Shown here: piece after piece, positions 37,437 to 46,854 of the stretch
How the letters are laid out: each line of letters begins with the position of its first letter
Numbering within the stretch: position 1 is the first letter of the stretch
Source: Gammaproteobacteria bacterium
Lineage (GTDB): Bacteria; Pseudomonadota; Gammaproteobacteria; Steroidobacterales; UBA11654
Assembly: GCA_963578425.1 (NCBI GenBank)
Contig: CAUZCF010000001.1
Location: forward strand, 1 to 50,330
Length of the DNA stretch: 50,330 bases
Reading direction: 5' to 3'
The notes under the pieces: generated by a model
Told to the model about the DNA's origin: nothing
Seen by the model: the letters and a program-made list of their open reading frames with translations, nothing else
The model's database searches: none
Program-made: the position numbers and the translations under genes

Positions 37437-38267
37437 CTAGTATTGTTTTTCTAACGCATAAGCATAAATAATTTTTTTAGAATAACCGGTAATTTTTGCA
37501 CAGATCTTGATGGAACTTTTTAATGACAGCTCAAGTGTTAGAAGGCTTAAAATAAAATCTATTTTTTCATAATCAATACTTGTATTTCTTTTACCTTGAA
37601 CAATGATAGTAAATTCACCTTTCAATCTATCAGGGTTGTTTGATAAATAATTAGAAATCTCTAATAAATTACTGCCTAAAAAACTTTCATAGAGTTTTGT
37701 TATCTCTTTGCAAAGGACTGCATTTCTATTTTCACCAAAAATCTCTTTCATTGACTCAATAGTATTAACTATTCTATGAACAGACTCATAAAATATTAAT
37801 GTTTCTGATCTGTTAGTAAGCTTTCTCAGTTCTTTAGCTCTTTTTACTTTGGTTTTTGGTAAAAACCCATAAAAGGTAAATTTATCTGAGGCAATACCTG
37901 AAGCAGTTAATGCAGCTATTGCTGCAGAACAACCTGGTACGGGTATAACTTGGATTGATTCCTCTCTAGCAGACCGAATTAGGAGATATCCTGGATCACT
38001 AATCAATGGTGTGCCTGCATCAGCAATTAATGCAATATTTTTCCCCTCCTTTAATTTTTTAATTAAAGTTTTCGTTTTCTGATTCTCATTAATCAGATTA
38101 AAGGATGTTATTTTATTCTCTATTGCATAGTGATTGAGTAGCTTTTGAGCAACTCTAGTATCTTCTGCAAGAATTAGATCGACACTTTTTAGAACCTCAA
38201 TTGCTCTAAAAGTTATATCTCGTAAGTTACCAATAGGAGTTGAAACAATATTTAATTGGCCGGGCAT
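37437..38267 (-). CDS. rsmI: 16S rRNA (cytidine1402-2'-O)-methyltransferase
   Basis: 276 aa tetrapyrrole-methylase fold. N-terminus LNIVSTPIGNLRDITFRAIEVLKSVDLILAEDTR. Confidence 0.9.
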   Translation of the reverse strand: MPGQLNIVSTPIGNLRDITFRAIEVLKSVDLILAEDTRVAQKLLNHYAIENKITSFNLINENQKTKTLIKKLKEGKNIALIADAGTPLISDPGYLLIRSAREESIQVIPVPGCSAAIAALTASGIASDKFTFYGFLPKTKVKRAKELRKLTNRSETLIFYESVHRIVNTIESMKEIFGENRNAVLCKEITKLYESFLGSNLLEISNYLSNNPDRLKGEFTIIVQGKRNTSIDYEKIDFILSLLTLELSLKSSIKICAKITGYSKKIIYAYALEKQY

Positions 38268-38296
38268 TGGATGATCTCCAATAATTCAAGATGACA

Positions 38297-38926
38297 CTAT
38301 AAGTGCATCTCGTCTTCGTCTTCTGTAAGGCTGTCATGGAATCCTTCCCTGTTGAACACCCTTTGCATATAACTTTTCATATTTTTATGGTCATTCGTTA
38401 AGTTGATTTTAAAATAATCTAACCTCCAAAGTATAGGGCCCAGAACACAGTCTATAATGGTAAAATCCTCACTAAGAAAGTACTTATTAACTGAAAATAA
38501 ATCAGCTGTTGCATTTAATGCTGATTTTAATTTCTTTCTATGGCTATTTTCAGTTCGAGTTCCTAGTGACTGATCAAGATCCACTGCAGATTGAACAATA
38601 TCAACTTCTAGAGAAGCTAAAGCTAATCTTATTTTAGCTCTATCAACTGGGTTAACTGGTAATAGAGGTGGATAAGGATACCTCTCATCTATATATTCCA
38701 TAATAACTCTTGAGTCATACAGAACTAATTCACGATCGACTAATGTCGGCATCGTAGCAAATGGGTTAAGAGCTATTAGATCTTCTGGTATTTTTTTACC
38801 ATCAAAGTTATTAATTTGGGTAACAATACCTTTTTCTGAGAGAACAAATCTAACTTGATGTGATCGGATACATATATTTCCTGAGTATAAACCCATCATA
38901 GATCTTCTGTTTGCAACACTTGTCAT
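38297..38926 (-). CDS. sspA: stringent starvation protein A (GST-like)
   Basis: Strong by-eye match to E. coli SspA (LYSG...SHQVRFVLSEKG...LNPFATMPTLVDRELVLYDSRVIMEYIDERYPYPPLLPV). Downstream of petABC, as in Pseudomonas-type genomes. Confidence 0.9.
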   Translation of the reverse strand: MTSVANRRSMMGLYSGNICIRSHQVRFVLSEKGIVTQINNFDGKKIPEDLIALNPFATMPTLVDRELVLYDSRVIMEYIDERYPYPPLLPVNPVDRAKIRLALASLEVDIVQSAVDLDQSLGTRTENSHRKKLKSALNATADLFSVNKYFLSEDFTIIDCVLGPILWRLDYFKINLTNDHKNMKSYMQRVFNREGFHDSLTEDEDEMHL

Positions 38927-38976
38927 ATTTGATTCCCCTAAACTATTTGAGTAAAACGATCAATTTGCTTATTAAG

Positions 38977-39648
38977 CTACTTAACTTCTCTCCATATGTC
39001 CTTATAAAGAGCATAACTAAAAACTAAAAGTAAGACCAAAAAACTGATAACCCAGACTCCAAGTGATTTTCTTTTTTGCTGTATGGGTTCACCCACATAT
39101 TCTAGAAAAGTCACTGTGTCTAGGATAAATCTATTATAATCCTCGGCAGTCATTTGCTCCTCAAGTAGCCATAAGATATGAGGCATACTGGTTCCATCTT
39201 GAGTCAAGTTATTAACGCCAGTTGGTGACGTATTATCAATGTAAAAAGACTTTAAGAATTGATAAACATAATCAGGATTTTTTCTTCTTGTTACCAGAGT
39301 TAAATCTGGAGGTGCTTTACCAAACCATCGATCTCCATCTTCTTTTAACATATTTGTTGTCACTAAATCCTGTGGCGTTTTATCAGTAAAAATTAAATTG
39401 TCTAATAATTGTTCTTCCGAAATATTGAGATCTTCAGCAATTTGTTCATATCGCATATACTGTAACGAGTGACATCCAGCACAATAATTGAAGAAATTTC
39501 TTGCGCCTCTTTGTAGTGATTTAACATCTGATAAGTTAATTGATATCGCTTCAATTCCTACCTCTGGCTCAGTAGAACTCGAAGTAAATCCGCTATTGCT
39601 AAAAAAGAGAATTGCTATAAGTGAGAAAATATACAGCTTCGTTTTCAT
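38977..39648 (-). CDS. petC: cytochrome c1 (ubiquinol-cytochrome c reductase)
   Basis: Signal peptide, heme-binding CAGCHS and a C-terminal TM anchor. The start overlaps the petB stop by 4 nt. Confidence 0.9.
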   Translation of the reverse strand: MKTKLYIFSLIAILFFSNSGFTSSSTEPEVGIEAISINLSDVKSLQRGARNFFNYCAGCHSLQYMRYEQIAEDLNISEEQLLDNLIFTDKTPQDLVTTNMLKEDGDRWFGKAPPDLTLVTRRKNPDYVYQFLKSFYIDNTSPTGVNNLTQDGTSMPHILWLLEEQMTAEDYNRFILDTVTFLEYVGEPIQQKRKSLGVWVISFLVLLLVFSYALYKDIWREVK

Positions 39649-40889
39649 TTTTTATAGACCACTCTATGAGGTACGGGTTTTGTTTTCTCAAGTTTTGTAT
39701 AAAACGGCATTAATAAGAAAAAGGCAAAGTAGATAACAGTAAATATCCGTGCCAAAAGAACATATATTCCAGTTGCAGGTTGCATCCCTAAGTAACCTAA
39801 CACAATAAATGAAACCACAAAGGAGAAGAGTGCAACCTTGTATTGCCATCCTCTGTATCTGATTGATCTGACAGAACACCTATCCAACCAAGGCAGAAAA
39901 ACAAATAGTAAAACAGCTGCTACCAAGAACACTGCTCCTAATGCTGCATTTGGTATCGCTCTAAGAATCGCGTAATAAGGCGTAAAATACCATGAAGGAA
40001 CAATATGCTCAGGAGTTTTCAATGGGTCAGCAGGTTCAAAATTATCAACCTCTAGAAACAGACCACCCATCTCGGGTGCATAAAAAACTGCTGCAAAATA
40101 CAATATTAAGAAGACAATGATAGCGACTAAATCTTTACTTGTATGAAAGGGGTGGAACGCTACCCCATCAATTGGCTTACCGCTTGCATCTTTATAATTC
40201 TTGATCTCAATACCATCCGGATTATTAGAACCCACATGATGCAATGCCAGAATATGGGCAACTACCAATCCTAGTATTGCTAGAGGAAGAAATATGACAT
40301 GGAAAGCAAAGAAGCGGTTAAGAGTTATATCAGACATAAAATAATCACCCCTGATCCACTCAGTTAGTGTCTCTCCGATAACTGGAATATAACTAAATAA
40401 ATTTACAATAACTTGTCCAGCCCAATAAGACATGTTGCCCCATGGAAGTAGATAGCCAAAGAAAGCTTCCGCCATTAAACAAAAGTAAAGCAGCATGCCG
40501 ATAATCCAAATGAGTTCTCTGGGTTTTTTATAGGAACCATAGAGCATGCCCCTAAGCATATGCAGATAAACAACTATAAAGAAAAATGATGAGCCAGTTG
40601 AGTGCATATAACGAATTAGCCATCCCCATTCAACAGATCGCATAATATATTCAACCGAATTAAAAGCATCTTCAGCGGAAGGTTTATAATTCATAGTAAG
40701 AAAAAAACCTGTCATCAGCATGATGACAAGAACGACCATTGACAACACCCCAAAGATATACCAAATATTAAAATTCTTAGAAGCATAATATTCAGTTGCA
40801 TGATCCTTAATTAACGAAGACAGAGGGAATCGATCATCAACCCATTTTAAAATTGGATTTGTAAAGAGACTTTCTTCTTGTTTAGACAT
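39645..40889 (-). CDS. petB: cytochrome b (ubiquinol-cytochrome c reductase)
   Basis: Polytopic protein with conserved heme-ligand His regions and PEWYF-like PSWYFTPYYAILR. The start is taken at ATG 40889 (MSKQEE...), overlapping the petA stop by 8 nt. The track ORF extends to 40931. Confidence 0.9.
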   Translation of the reverse strand: MSKQEESLFTNPILKWVDDRFPLSSLIKDHATEYYASKNFNIWYIFGVLSMVVLVIMLMTGFFLTMNYKPSAEDAFNSVEYIMRSVEWGWLIRYMHSTGSSFFFIVVYLHMLRGMLYGSYKKPRELIWIIGMLLYFCLMAEAFFGYLLPWGNMSYWAGQVIVNLFSYIPVIGETLTEWIRGDYFMSDITLNRFFAFHVIFLPLAILGLVVAHILALHHVGSNNPDGIEIKNYKDASGKPIDGVAFHPFHTSKDLVAIIVFLILYFAAVFYAPEMGGLFLEVDNFEPADPLKTPEHIVPSWYFTPYYAILRAIPNAALGAVFLVAAVLLFVFLPWLDRCSVRSIRYRGWQYKVALFSFVVSFIVLGYLGMQPATGIYVLLARIFTVIYFAFFLLMPFYTKLEKTKPVPHRVVYKK

Positions 40890-41475
40890 TGAGTTCCTCA
40901 GGGTTTTCACCGACCACCAATATGGATTCATTTTCGAATCTGTATGCAGGTATCCTTAGATTAGAGGGCGCCGGAACACCACTAAAGACTCTTCCGGACA
41001 AATCAAACTTTGATCCGTGACAAGGGCAATAAAACCCTCCCCTCCAATCGGGACCCATATCTGCAGGGGCTATTGAAAACTTTTCGATTGGTGCACATCC
41101 TAAGTGTGTACAAACACCTTCAACAACGAGGTATTTTGGTTTCATTGATCTCAACTCATTCTTTGCAAAATTTGGTTGTATGGATAATTCTGAATCTGGG
41201 TCTCTTAGATCACTATTGATGGTTTTTAGTTGCGTAATCATATCATCAGATCTATGAACAACATAAAATGGCGTTCCTCTATATAAGACTTTAATAATGG
41301 ATCCTGGTTCTAGATTAGAAAGATCGACTTTTATTGAGGCACCTAAAGCTTTAGCTTTTTTACTGGGTTGGAAAGATAAAATAAAAGGAGTGACAGCAAA
41401 AGCCCCTCCGATAACACTTGTTACGCTTGTGGCGATTGATAAAAACTTTCTTCTACCTACTTTACTCATTTTCAT
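40882..41475 (-). CDS. petA: Rieske iron-sulfur subunit (ubiquinol-cytochrome c reductase)
   Basis: Tat-like RRKFL N-terminus and the 2Fe-2S boxes CTHLGC and CPCHGS. Confidence 0.93.
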   Translation of the reverse strand: MKMSKVGRRKFLSIATSVTSVIGGAFAVTPFILSFQPSKKAKALGASIKVDLSNLEPGSIIKVLYRGTPFYVVHRSDDMITQLKTINSDLRDPDSELSIQPNFAKNELRSMKPKYLVVEGVCTHLGCAPIEKFSIAPADMGPDWRGGFYCPCHGSKFDLSGRVFSGVPAPSNLRIPAYRFENESILVVGENPEELNV

Positions 41476-41541
41476 CTAATAACTGTTTAAACTTAAGACT
41501 CCTCAAAATTCTCGTGCGATTATACACGAATAAACAATAAA

Positions 41542-42798
41542 TCATGACTCAATTCTTTCCACTTGTGCACCAATAAGAGAAAGCTTCTGGTCAATATTCT
41601 CATAGCCTCTATCAATATGATAAATACGATCAATTTCAGTTTCCCCATGAGCGACAAGAGCTGCCAATACTAAAGCTGCTGATGCTCTTAAATCAGTTGC
41701 CATCACTTGGGCACTTTGTAATTGGTTAACACCTTTAATTTTAGCAATATTGCTTTGCAACTCAATATTAGCTCCCATCCTTTGTAATTCAAGAACATGC
41801 ATAAACCTATTTTCAAAAATTGTCTCCTCTATACTTGACTCACCTTGTGCTAAAACGTTTAAGACCATTAATTGCGCTTGTATATCAGTTGGAATACCTG
41901 GATAAGGGCTGGTAGTGAAACTCACAGGAATAATTTCATTCAATGAAGTTACTTCTATAAATTCTTCTGCTATAGATATTGATGCTCCTGCCTCTTCAAG
42001 TAAGTTAATGGGTTCCCTTAAGTGTTCTGCCAAAGCCCCATTCAATTTTAGATTACTTTTAGTAATTAATGCTGCAATTAAAAAAGTCGCTGCTTCTATT
42101 CTGTCAGGAATTACCCGACAAGTTGTTGCTTCTAATTTATCAACTCCCTCTATTAGTATCTGGTCACTACCTAATCCGTTTAGGTTTGCACCCATTGAAA
42201 TTAGAAACTCTCCTAAGTTAACTATCTCTGGTTCTTTAGCGCAATTATTTAGAATAGTTGCACCTTCAGCTAAACAAGCTGCCATCATCAGATTAGCAGT
42301 TCCAGTAACTGAAACAGGATTAAATGAAAACTCACACCCCTTTAACCGTCTTGCTTTAGCATGAATATAACCGTTTTTTAAATCTATCTCTGCACCCATT
42401 GCTTTTAACCCCTCAATATGAAGATTGACAGGTCTAGCCCCTATTGCACAGCCCCCTGGTAATGAAACAATTGCTTCACCAAAGCGTGCTAAAAGTGGAC
42501 CTAATACCAAAATTGATGCCCTCATAGTTTTAACCAAATCGTAGGGTGCAAATTTCTCTTTGATACGATGAGCATTAATTTTTACTGTGTTATCTGAAGT
42601 TTTAGAAATTTTTACACCCATATATGTAATCAATCTGATCATTGTGTTGATGTCCCGAAGGGCTGGGATATTATCTAATACAACTTCTTCAGAGCATAAA
42701 AGACATGCAGCCATAATAGGTAATGCTGCATTTTTCGAACCAGAAATGTTCACCTCCCCATTTAGAGGATACCTCCCATTGATTCTTAGTTTTTGCAA
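41542..42798 (-). CDS. murA: UDP-N-acetylglucosamine 1-carboxyvinyltransferase
   Basis: 418 aa. N-terminus LRINGRYPLNGEVNISGSKNAALPI and the active-site loop PGGCAIGARPVNLH. Confidence 0.96.
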   Translation of the reverse strand: MQKLRINGRYPLNGEVNISGSKNAALPIMAACLLCSEEVVLDNIPALRDINTMIRLITYMGVKISKTSDNTVKINAHRIKEKFAPYDLVKTMRASILVLGPLLARFGEAIVSLPGGCAIGARPVNLHIEGLKAMGAEIDLKNGYIHAKARRLKGCEFSFNPVSVTGTANLMMAACLAEGATILNNCAKEPEIVNLGEFLISMGANLNGLGSDQILIEGVDKLEATTCRVIPDRIEAATFLIAALITKSNLKLNGALAEHLREPINLLEEAGASISIAEEFIEVTSLNEIIPVSFTTSPYPGIPTDIQAQLMVLNVLAQGESSIEETIFENRFMHVLELQRMGANIELQSNIAKIKGVNQLQSAQVMATDLRASAALVLAALVAHGETEIDRIYHIDRGYENIDQKLSLIGAQVERIES

Positions 42799-42810
42799 TT
42801 ATTTTCTCTG

Positions 42811-43053
42811 TTATTTAGAGCTAATTTCATGCTCATCTGGAGTAAGAGCATTAATAGTCAGCGCATGAATCTCATGACTCATTTTATCTCCCAATGATGC
42901 GTAAATCATTTTGTGCCTCTCTAGTAGAGACTTCCCATTGAATGAATCAGAAATTATAGTGGTTTCAAAATGGACATTGTCCTCACTGTTAACTTGAACC
43001 TCTGAGTTATCAATAGAGTTTAAAATTAAAGACTTTATTTCCTGCGGATTCAT
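42811..43053 (-). CDS. ibaG: BolA-family protein IbaG (YrbA)
   Basis: 80 aa immediately upstream of murA. Resembles E. coli IbaG (..EVQV..ED..HF...IISD.F.G.S...RH..IY..L........IHAL). Confidence 0.75.
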   Translation of the reverse strand: MNPQEIKSLILNSIDNSEVQVNSEDNVHFETTIISDSFNGKSLLERHKMIYASLGDKMSHEIHALTINALTPDEHEISSK

Positions 43054-43135
43054 TTTTTTTCCTTATTTTTATATTAGTATGTCTTGATATTAATGTATTA
43101 GATCAGAAGAGTTAACTTGATCTTAAGGGTTTCTA

Positions 43136-44116
43136 TTGAATAAGGAAAAAAATACTTTCGATTACATCGATGTTGCAAACAGAGTATTAGACATTGAATC
43201 TGCAGCTATTAAAAACCTTAAAGGCACTTTAAATAAAAGTTTCGTTGAGGCTTGTGAGGCATGTGAAAATTGTAAGGGTAAAATTATTGTAATGGGTCTT
43301 GGTAAATCTGGACACATAGCAGATAAAATAGCAGCAACATTTGCTAGCACTGGAACCCCAGCTTTCTTTATACACCCTAGTGAAGCTATTCATGGTGATC
43401 TAGGGATGATTGACAAAGAAGATGTTGTTCTTATTTTGTCAAATTCGGGGGAAACAGAGGAAATTGTTTCACTAATCCCCATGATAAAAAGAATGGGTAT
43501 AACAATCATTGCACTTACAGGCAATAAAAAATCAAAACTGTCTAATGAGGCAAGTGTCCATGTATATGTCGAAGTTAAAGAAGAAGCTTGCCCGATGAAC
43601 CTTGCCCCAACAGCAAGCACAACAGCAGCTTTAGCTATGGGTGATGCGATAGCTGTTGCGCTACTAGAAAAAAAAGGTTTTACCAAAGAAGATTTTGCTA
43701 AATCTCATCCTGGGGGTTCACTGGGTAAAAAACTCTTACTTTCTTTAGGCGACATTATGCATAAAGACGATGAAATTCCAATTGTTTATGAAACAGATAA
43801 GCTGGCTTCTGGTTTAATTGAAATGTCAGAAAAAGCCTTGGGTATGACAGCAGTTCTAAATGATAACAATGAACTAGTAGGTATTTTCACTGATGGCGAC
43901 CTAAGAAGAACCCTTGAAAATAAAATAGATATTCAAAGTACTTACATGAAAGAAGTAATGAAAAAAGACCCTTACATTATGAATGAAGACACCTTAGCCT
44001 ATAACGCAGTGGCAACACTTCAAGAAATGAAAATCACCTCACTTCTCATAGTCAAAGATAAAAGACTTATAGGGGCTCTTAATATTCATGATCTATTTAG
44101 AGCTGGAGTAATGTAA
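43136..44116 (+). CDS. kdsD: arabinose-5-phosphate isomerase (SIS + tandem CBS)
   Basis: SIS motif VMGLGKSGHIADKIAATFASTGTPAFF. GETEE. Two C-terminal CBS domains. TTG start with AAGGG about 7 nt upstream. Confidence 0.9.
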   Translation: MNKEKNTFDYIDVANRVLDIESAAIKNLKGTLNKSFVEACEACENCKGKIIVMGLGKSGHIADKIAATFASTGTPAFFIHPSEAIHGDLGMIDKEDVVLILSNSGETEEIVSLIPMIKRMGITIIALTGNKKSKLSNEASVHVYVEVKEEACPMNLAPTASTTAALAMGDAIAVALLEKKGFTKEDFAKSHPGGSLGKKLLLSLGDIMHKDDEIPIVYETDKLASGLIEMSEKALGMTAVLNDNNELVGIFTDGDLRRTLENKIDIQSTYMKEVMKKDPYIMNEDTLAYNAVATLQEMKITSLLIVKDKRLIGALNIHDLFRAGVM

Positions 44117-44133
44117 AAAGAAGCCCCCATTAA

Positions 44134-44688
44134 ATGAATAATTACTTTCTTAAATTAGGTTTTCTTGTTGTTTTAGCGATTCTCAGCAACTTAATCTATT
44201 TTTTTACCATAGACACGTCAAAAGAAATTGAAAATATAGCTGCTAGTGACAGAGAGTTTATTCTCAAAAATGCAGAAATTTTTGGCTCAAATAATGAAGG
44301 CAATTTTAGTTACAGCATTTTTTCAAAAAAAGCTAAGACGAATGATCTAAAAAAGCTAATTTATCTTGAGCAATTAGAAATAAAATATATTGCAGAACCA
44401 ACCATCGATTGGGTAATTAAGTCTGACAACGGGCAAATCATATCGAAAAGTAATGTCTTAGTTTTATCAGGCAATGTTCTTATTGAGAATAAATCAATCG
44501 ATAACCCTTCAATTATTTCAACAAACTATCTGGAGATCAATCCAAATACACTGACCATAGCTACCAATAGAGACGTCTTTATCACCATTAATAACAATAC
44601 GATTCAGGCACAAGGCTTGAACGCCCAACTTAGAGATAACAAACTGAACTTTAGCTCCAGCATGACCTCTAATATTTTTGCTCAATAA
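44134..44688 (+). CDS. lptC: LPS export protein LptC (tentative)
   Basis: 184 aa with an N-terminal TM anchor and a beta-rich OstA-like body. Sits between kdsD and lptB. The assignment rests mostly on position and architecture. Confidence 0.6.
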   Translation: MNNYFLKLGFLVVLAILSNLIYFFTIDTSKEIENIAASDREFILKNAEIFGSNNEGNFSYSIFSKKAKTNDLKKLIYLEQLEIKYIAEPTIDWVIKSDNGQIISKSNVLVLSGNVLIENKSIDNPSIISTNYLEINPNTLTIATNRDVFITINNNTIQAQGLNAQLRDNKLNFSSSMTSNIFAQ

Positions 44689-44699
44689 GGAAATAGAGT

Positions 44700-45425
44700 G
44701 TGAGTATATTAATAGCAGAATCACTGGAAAAAAAATATAAATCTCGAAAGGTTGTTAATAATCTTAGCTTTAATGTTAAAAGTGGTGAGATTATAGGGCT
44801 TCTAGGGCCAAATGGTGCTGGAAAAACAACAGCATTTTACATGGTGGTTGGGCTTGTAGCATGTAAAATTGGCAAAATCATGCTTGATGATTTAAATCTT
44901 ACTAACCTCCCTATTCATAAACGTGCACAAAAAGGTCTTGGATATTTACCTCAAGAAGCTTCGATTTTTAGAAAACTTACAGTAGCAAATAACATCATGG
45001 CTATTTTGGAGACTCGAAAAGAACTTAATTATTCGAATCGTGAAGAACTCTTAGAGAAGCTATTAGATCAGCTTAGTTTAAACACGTTAAGAAACACTCT
45101 GGGCATTAGTTTATCAGGCGGAGAACGAAGAAGAGTAGAAATTGCTAGAGTACTTGCAATAGAACCAAAATTCATACTCTTAGACGAACCATTCGCAGGC
45201 GTCGATCCTATTTCGGTCCTTGATATTCAAAGAATTATAAAAGATTTAGCTGGTGAAGGTATAGGCATACTAATTACAGATCACAATGTTAGAGAGACAT
45301 TAGAGATATGTACGCGTGGATATATCGTTAATGAAGGTGTATCAATTGCCTACGGTACTCCAGAACAACTTCTAGAAAATAGGGAAGTTAAAAAAGTTTA
45401 CCTAGGGGAAGGCTTTAGAATGTAA
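44700..45425 (+). CDS. lptB: LPS export ABC transporter ATP-binding protein LptB
   Basis: 241 aa with GTG start. Walker [10 protein letters not shown], signature LSGGERRR, Walker [10 protein letters not shown]-terminus resembles E. coli LptB. Confidence 0.92.
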   Translation: MSILIAESLEKKYKSRKVVNNLSFNVKSGEIIGLLGPNGAGKTTAFYMVVGLVACKIGKIMLDDLNLTNLPIHKRAQKGLGYLPQEASIFRKLTVANNIMAILETRKELNYSNREELLEKLLDQLSLNTLRNTLGISLSGGERRRVEIARVLAIEPKFILLDEPFAGVDPISVLDIQRIIKDLAGEGIGILITDHNVRETLEICTRGYIVNEGVSIAYGTPEQLLENREVKKVYLGEGFRM

Positions 45426-45498
45426 ATTTATTGTTATATTTTGTTGATATTAATTACAATCTGAATAAATAAAATTAGGCCTATAAATATCTCAAAAC

Positions 45499-46842
45499 AT
45501 GCAACATTCAGAAAAAAAACTCACTGATCTCATAAAAGATATTGAAAAAGATAGGATAGCTAGTATCAAGAATACTCTCTCCTCACTTAGTCCTTATGAA
45601 ATTGCAAGACTGCTTGAATCAATAGAACCCAGGAACAGAGAAATTTTATGGGAGATGATGGATCAAGAAGATGAAGGTGAGGTTCTAAAAGAACTCATTG
45701 AAGATGTCAGGCAAAACCTTATTGATCAAATGGATACGCAAGAACTGATTGCAGCTACCCAAGACATGGAGTTGGATGATTTAGCTGATATTATTAATGA
45801 TCTGCCAAATCAAATTACAGACCAAGTAATTAAAGCTCTAGATAAACAAGACCAAATTAGACTGGAATCAGTCATGTCATATGAGGATGATTCTGCGGGT
45901 GGTTTAACCAACCCAAAAATTGTAACGATAAGAAGAGGTATATCTATTAATGGGTTGATTCGCTATTTAAGAACCTTTGAAAAACTGCCAATTAATACTA
46001 ACTTAATTTACGTTATCAATCGTCACAATCAATATTTGGGTTCTGTAAAATTGGTGGATCTCTTTACAGAAAACATAGAGATGCCTATTGAAGAAATCAT
46101 GGATGAATCTGTTAAAGCAATTGATGCCAATGCAAAAGCCAATGATGTAGCCATTGAATTTCAGAATTTGGATTTAATTTCAGCTCCCGTAGTCGATTCA
46201 AATAATCAATTATTAGGAGAAATTACTGTGGATGACGTCGTTGATGTGATTCAAGATCAGGCCAATAGTGAAATATTTAACATGGCAGGATTAGATGATG
46301 AAGATGATATCTTTGCTCCTGTGCTCTTGAGCTCTAAAAGAAGAGCTGTTTGGTTAGGCGCCAACATGATAACAGCCTTTATTGTTGCCACTGCTGTCAG
46401 CCTATTCCAAGAAACTCTTGATCAGATTGTCATTCTAGCTGTCTTAATGCCGATAGTAGCGAGCATGGGTGGGGTTGCAGGTAATCAAACCCTTATTCTT
46501 GTTATCCGAGGAATCGCTATGGGCAAAATCCAATCATCTAATGCGATGAACTTATTATCACGAGAATTCCTGGTTGCTCTAGTGAACGGAGTATTTTGGT
46601 CAATTATTGTTTCCTGCTTGGCGGTACTCTTATTTAAAACCAGTTGGGATATAGGCTTAATCGTTGGGGCGTCAATGTTACTGAATATGCTTGCCTCTTC
46701 TATAGCAGGGGTTTCTATCCCATTTTTACTGAGACGTATTGGTATTGATCCAGCGCTTGCAAGTGGGGTGCTCATGGTAACCTTGACCGATGTTCTGGGG
46801 TTTATAACTTTTCTAGGGTTAGCAACAGCTCTATTACTGTAA
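45499..46842 (+). CDS. mgtE: magnesium transporter MgtE
   Basis: 447 aa with an N-domain, tandem CBS domains and a C-terminal 5-TM MgtE domain (GNQTLILVIRG...). Confidence 0.9.
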   Translation: MQHSEKKLTDLIKDIEKDRIASIKNTLSSLSPYEIARLLESIEPRNREILWEMMDQEDEGEVLKELIEDVRQNLIDQMDTQELIAATQDMELDDLADIINDLPNQITDQVIKALDKQDQIRLESVMSYEDDSAGGLTNPKIVTIRRGISINGLIRYLRTFEKLPINTNLIYVINRHNQYLGSVKLVDLFTENIEMPIEEIMDESVKAIDANAKANDVAIEFQNLDLISAPVVDSNNQLLGEITVDDVVDVIQDQANSEIFNMAGLDDEDDIFAPVLLSSKRRAVWLGANMITAFIVATAVSLFQETLDQIVILAVLMPIVASMGGVAGNQTLILVIRGIAMGKIQSSNAMNLLSREFLVALVNGVFWSIIVSCLAVLLFKTSWDIGLIVGASMLLNMLASSIAGVSIPFLLRRIGIDPALASGVLMVTLTDVLGFITFLGLATALLL

Positions 46843-46854
46843 AAACATTATTAT

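Noticed and set aside
41476-41541. Hairpin TCGTG-8 nt-CACGA and a TATAAT hexamer between murA and petA, as a terminator or promoter
   Set aside because: The stem is only 5 bp with a weak T-run, and I found no convincing -35 box at proper spacing. This is too weak to report as a feature.
41915-42364. 149-aa ORF on the + strand opposite murA
   Set aside because: Antisense shadow ORF of a conserved gene. The same reasoning applies to the other short antisense ORFs in the track, for example 4059-4310, 10435-10854, 22035-22843, 29444-30153 and 43162-43686.
45426-45498. Possible Mg2+ (M-box) riboswitch upstream of mgtE
   Set aside because: The intergenic region is only 73 nt, far shorter than an M-box aptamer, and shows no extended pairing.
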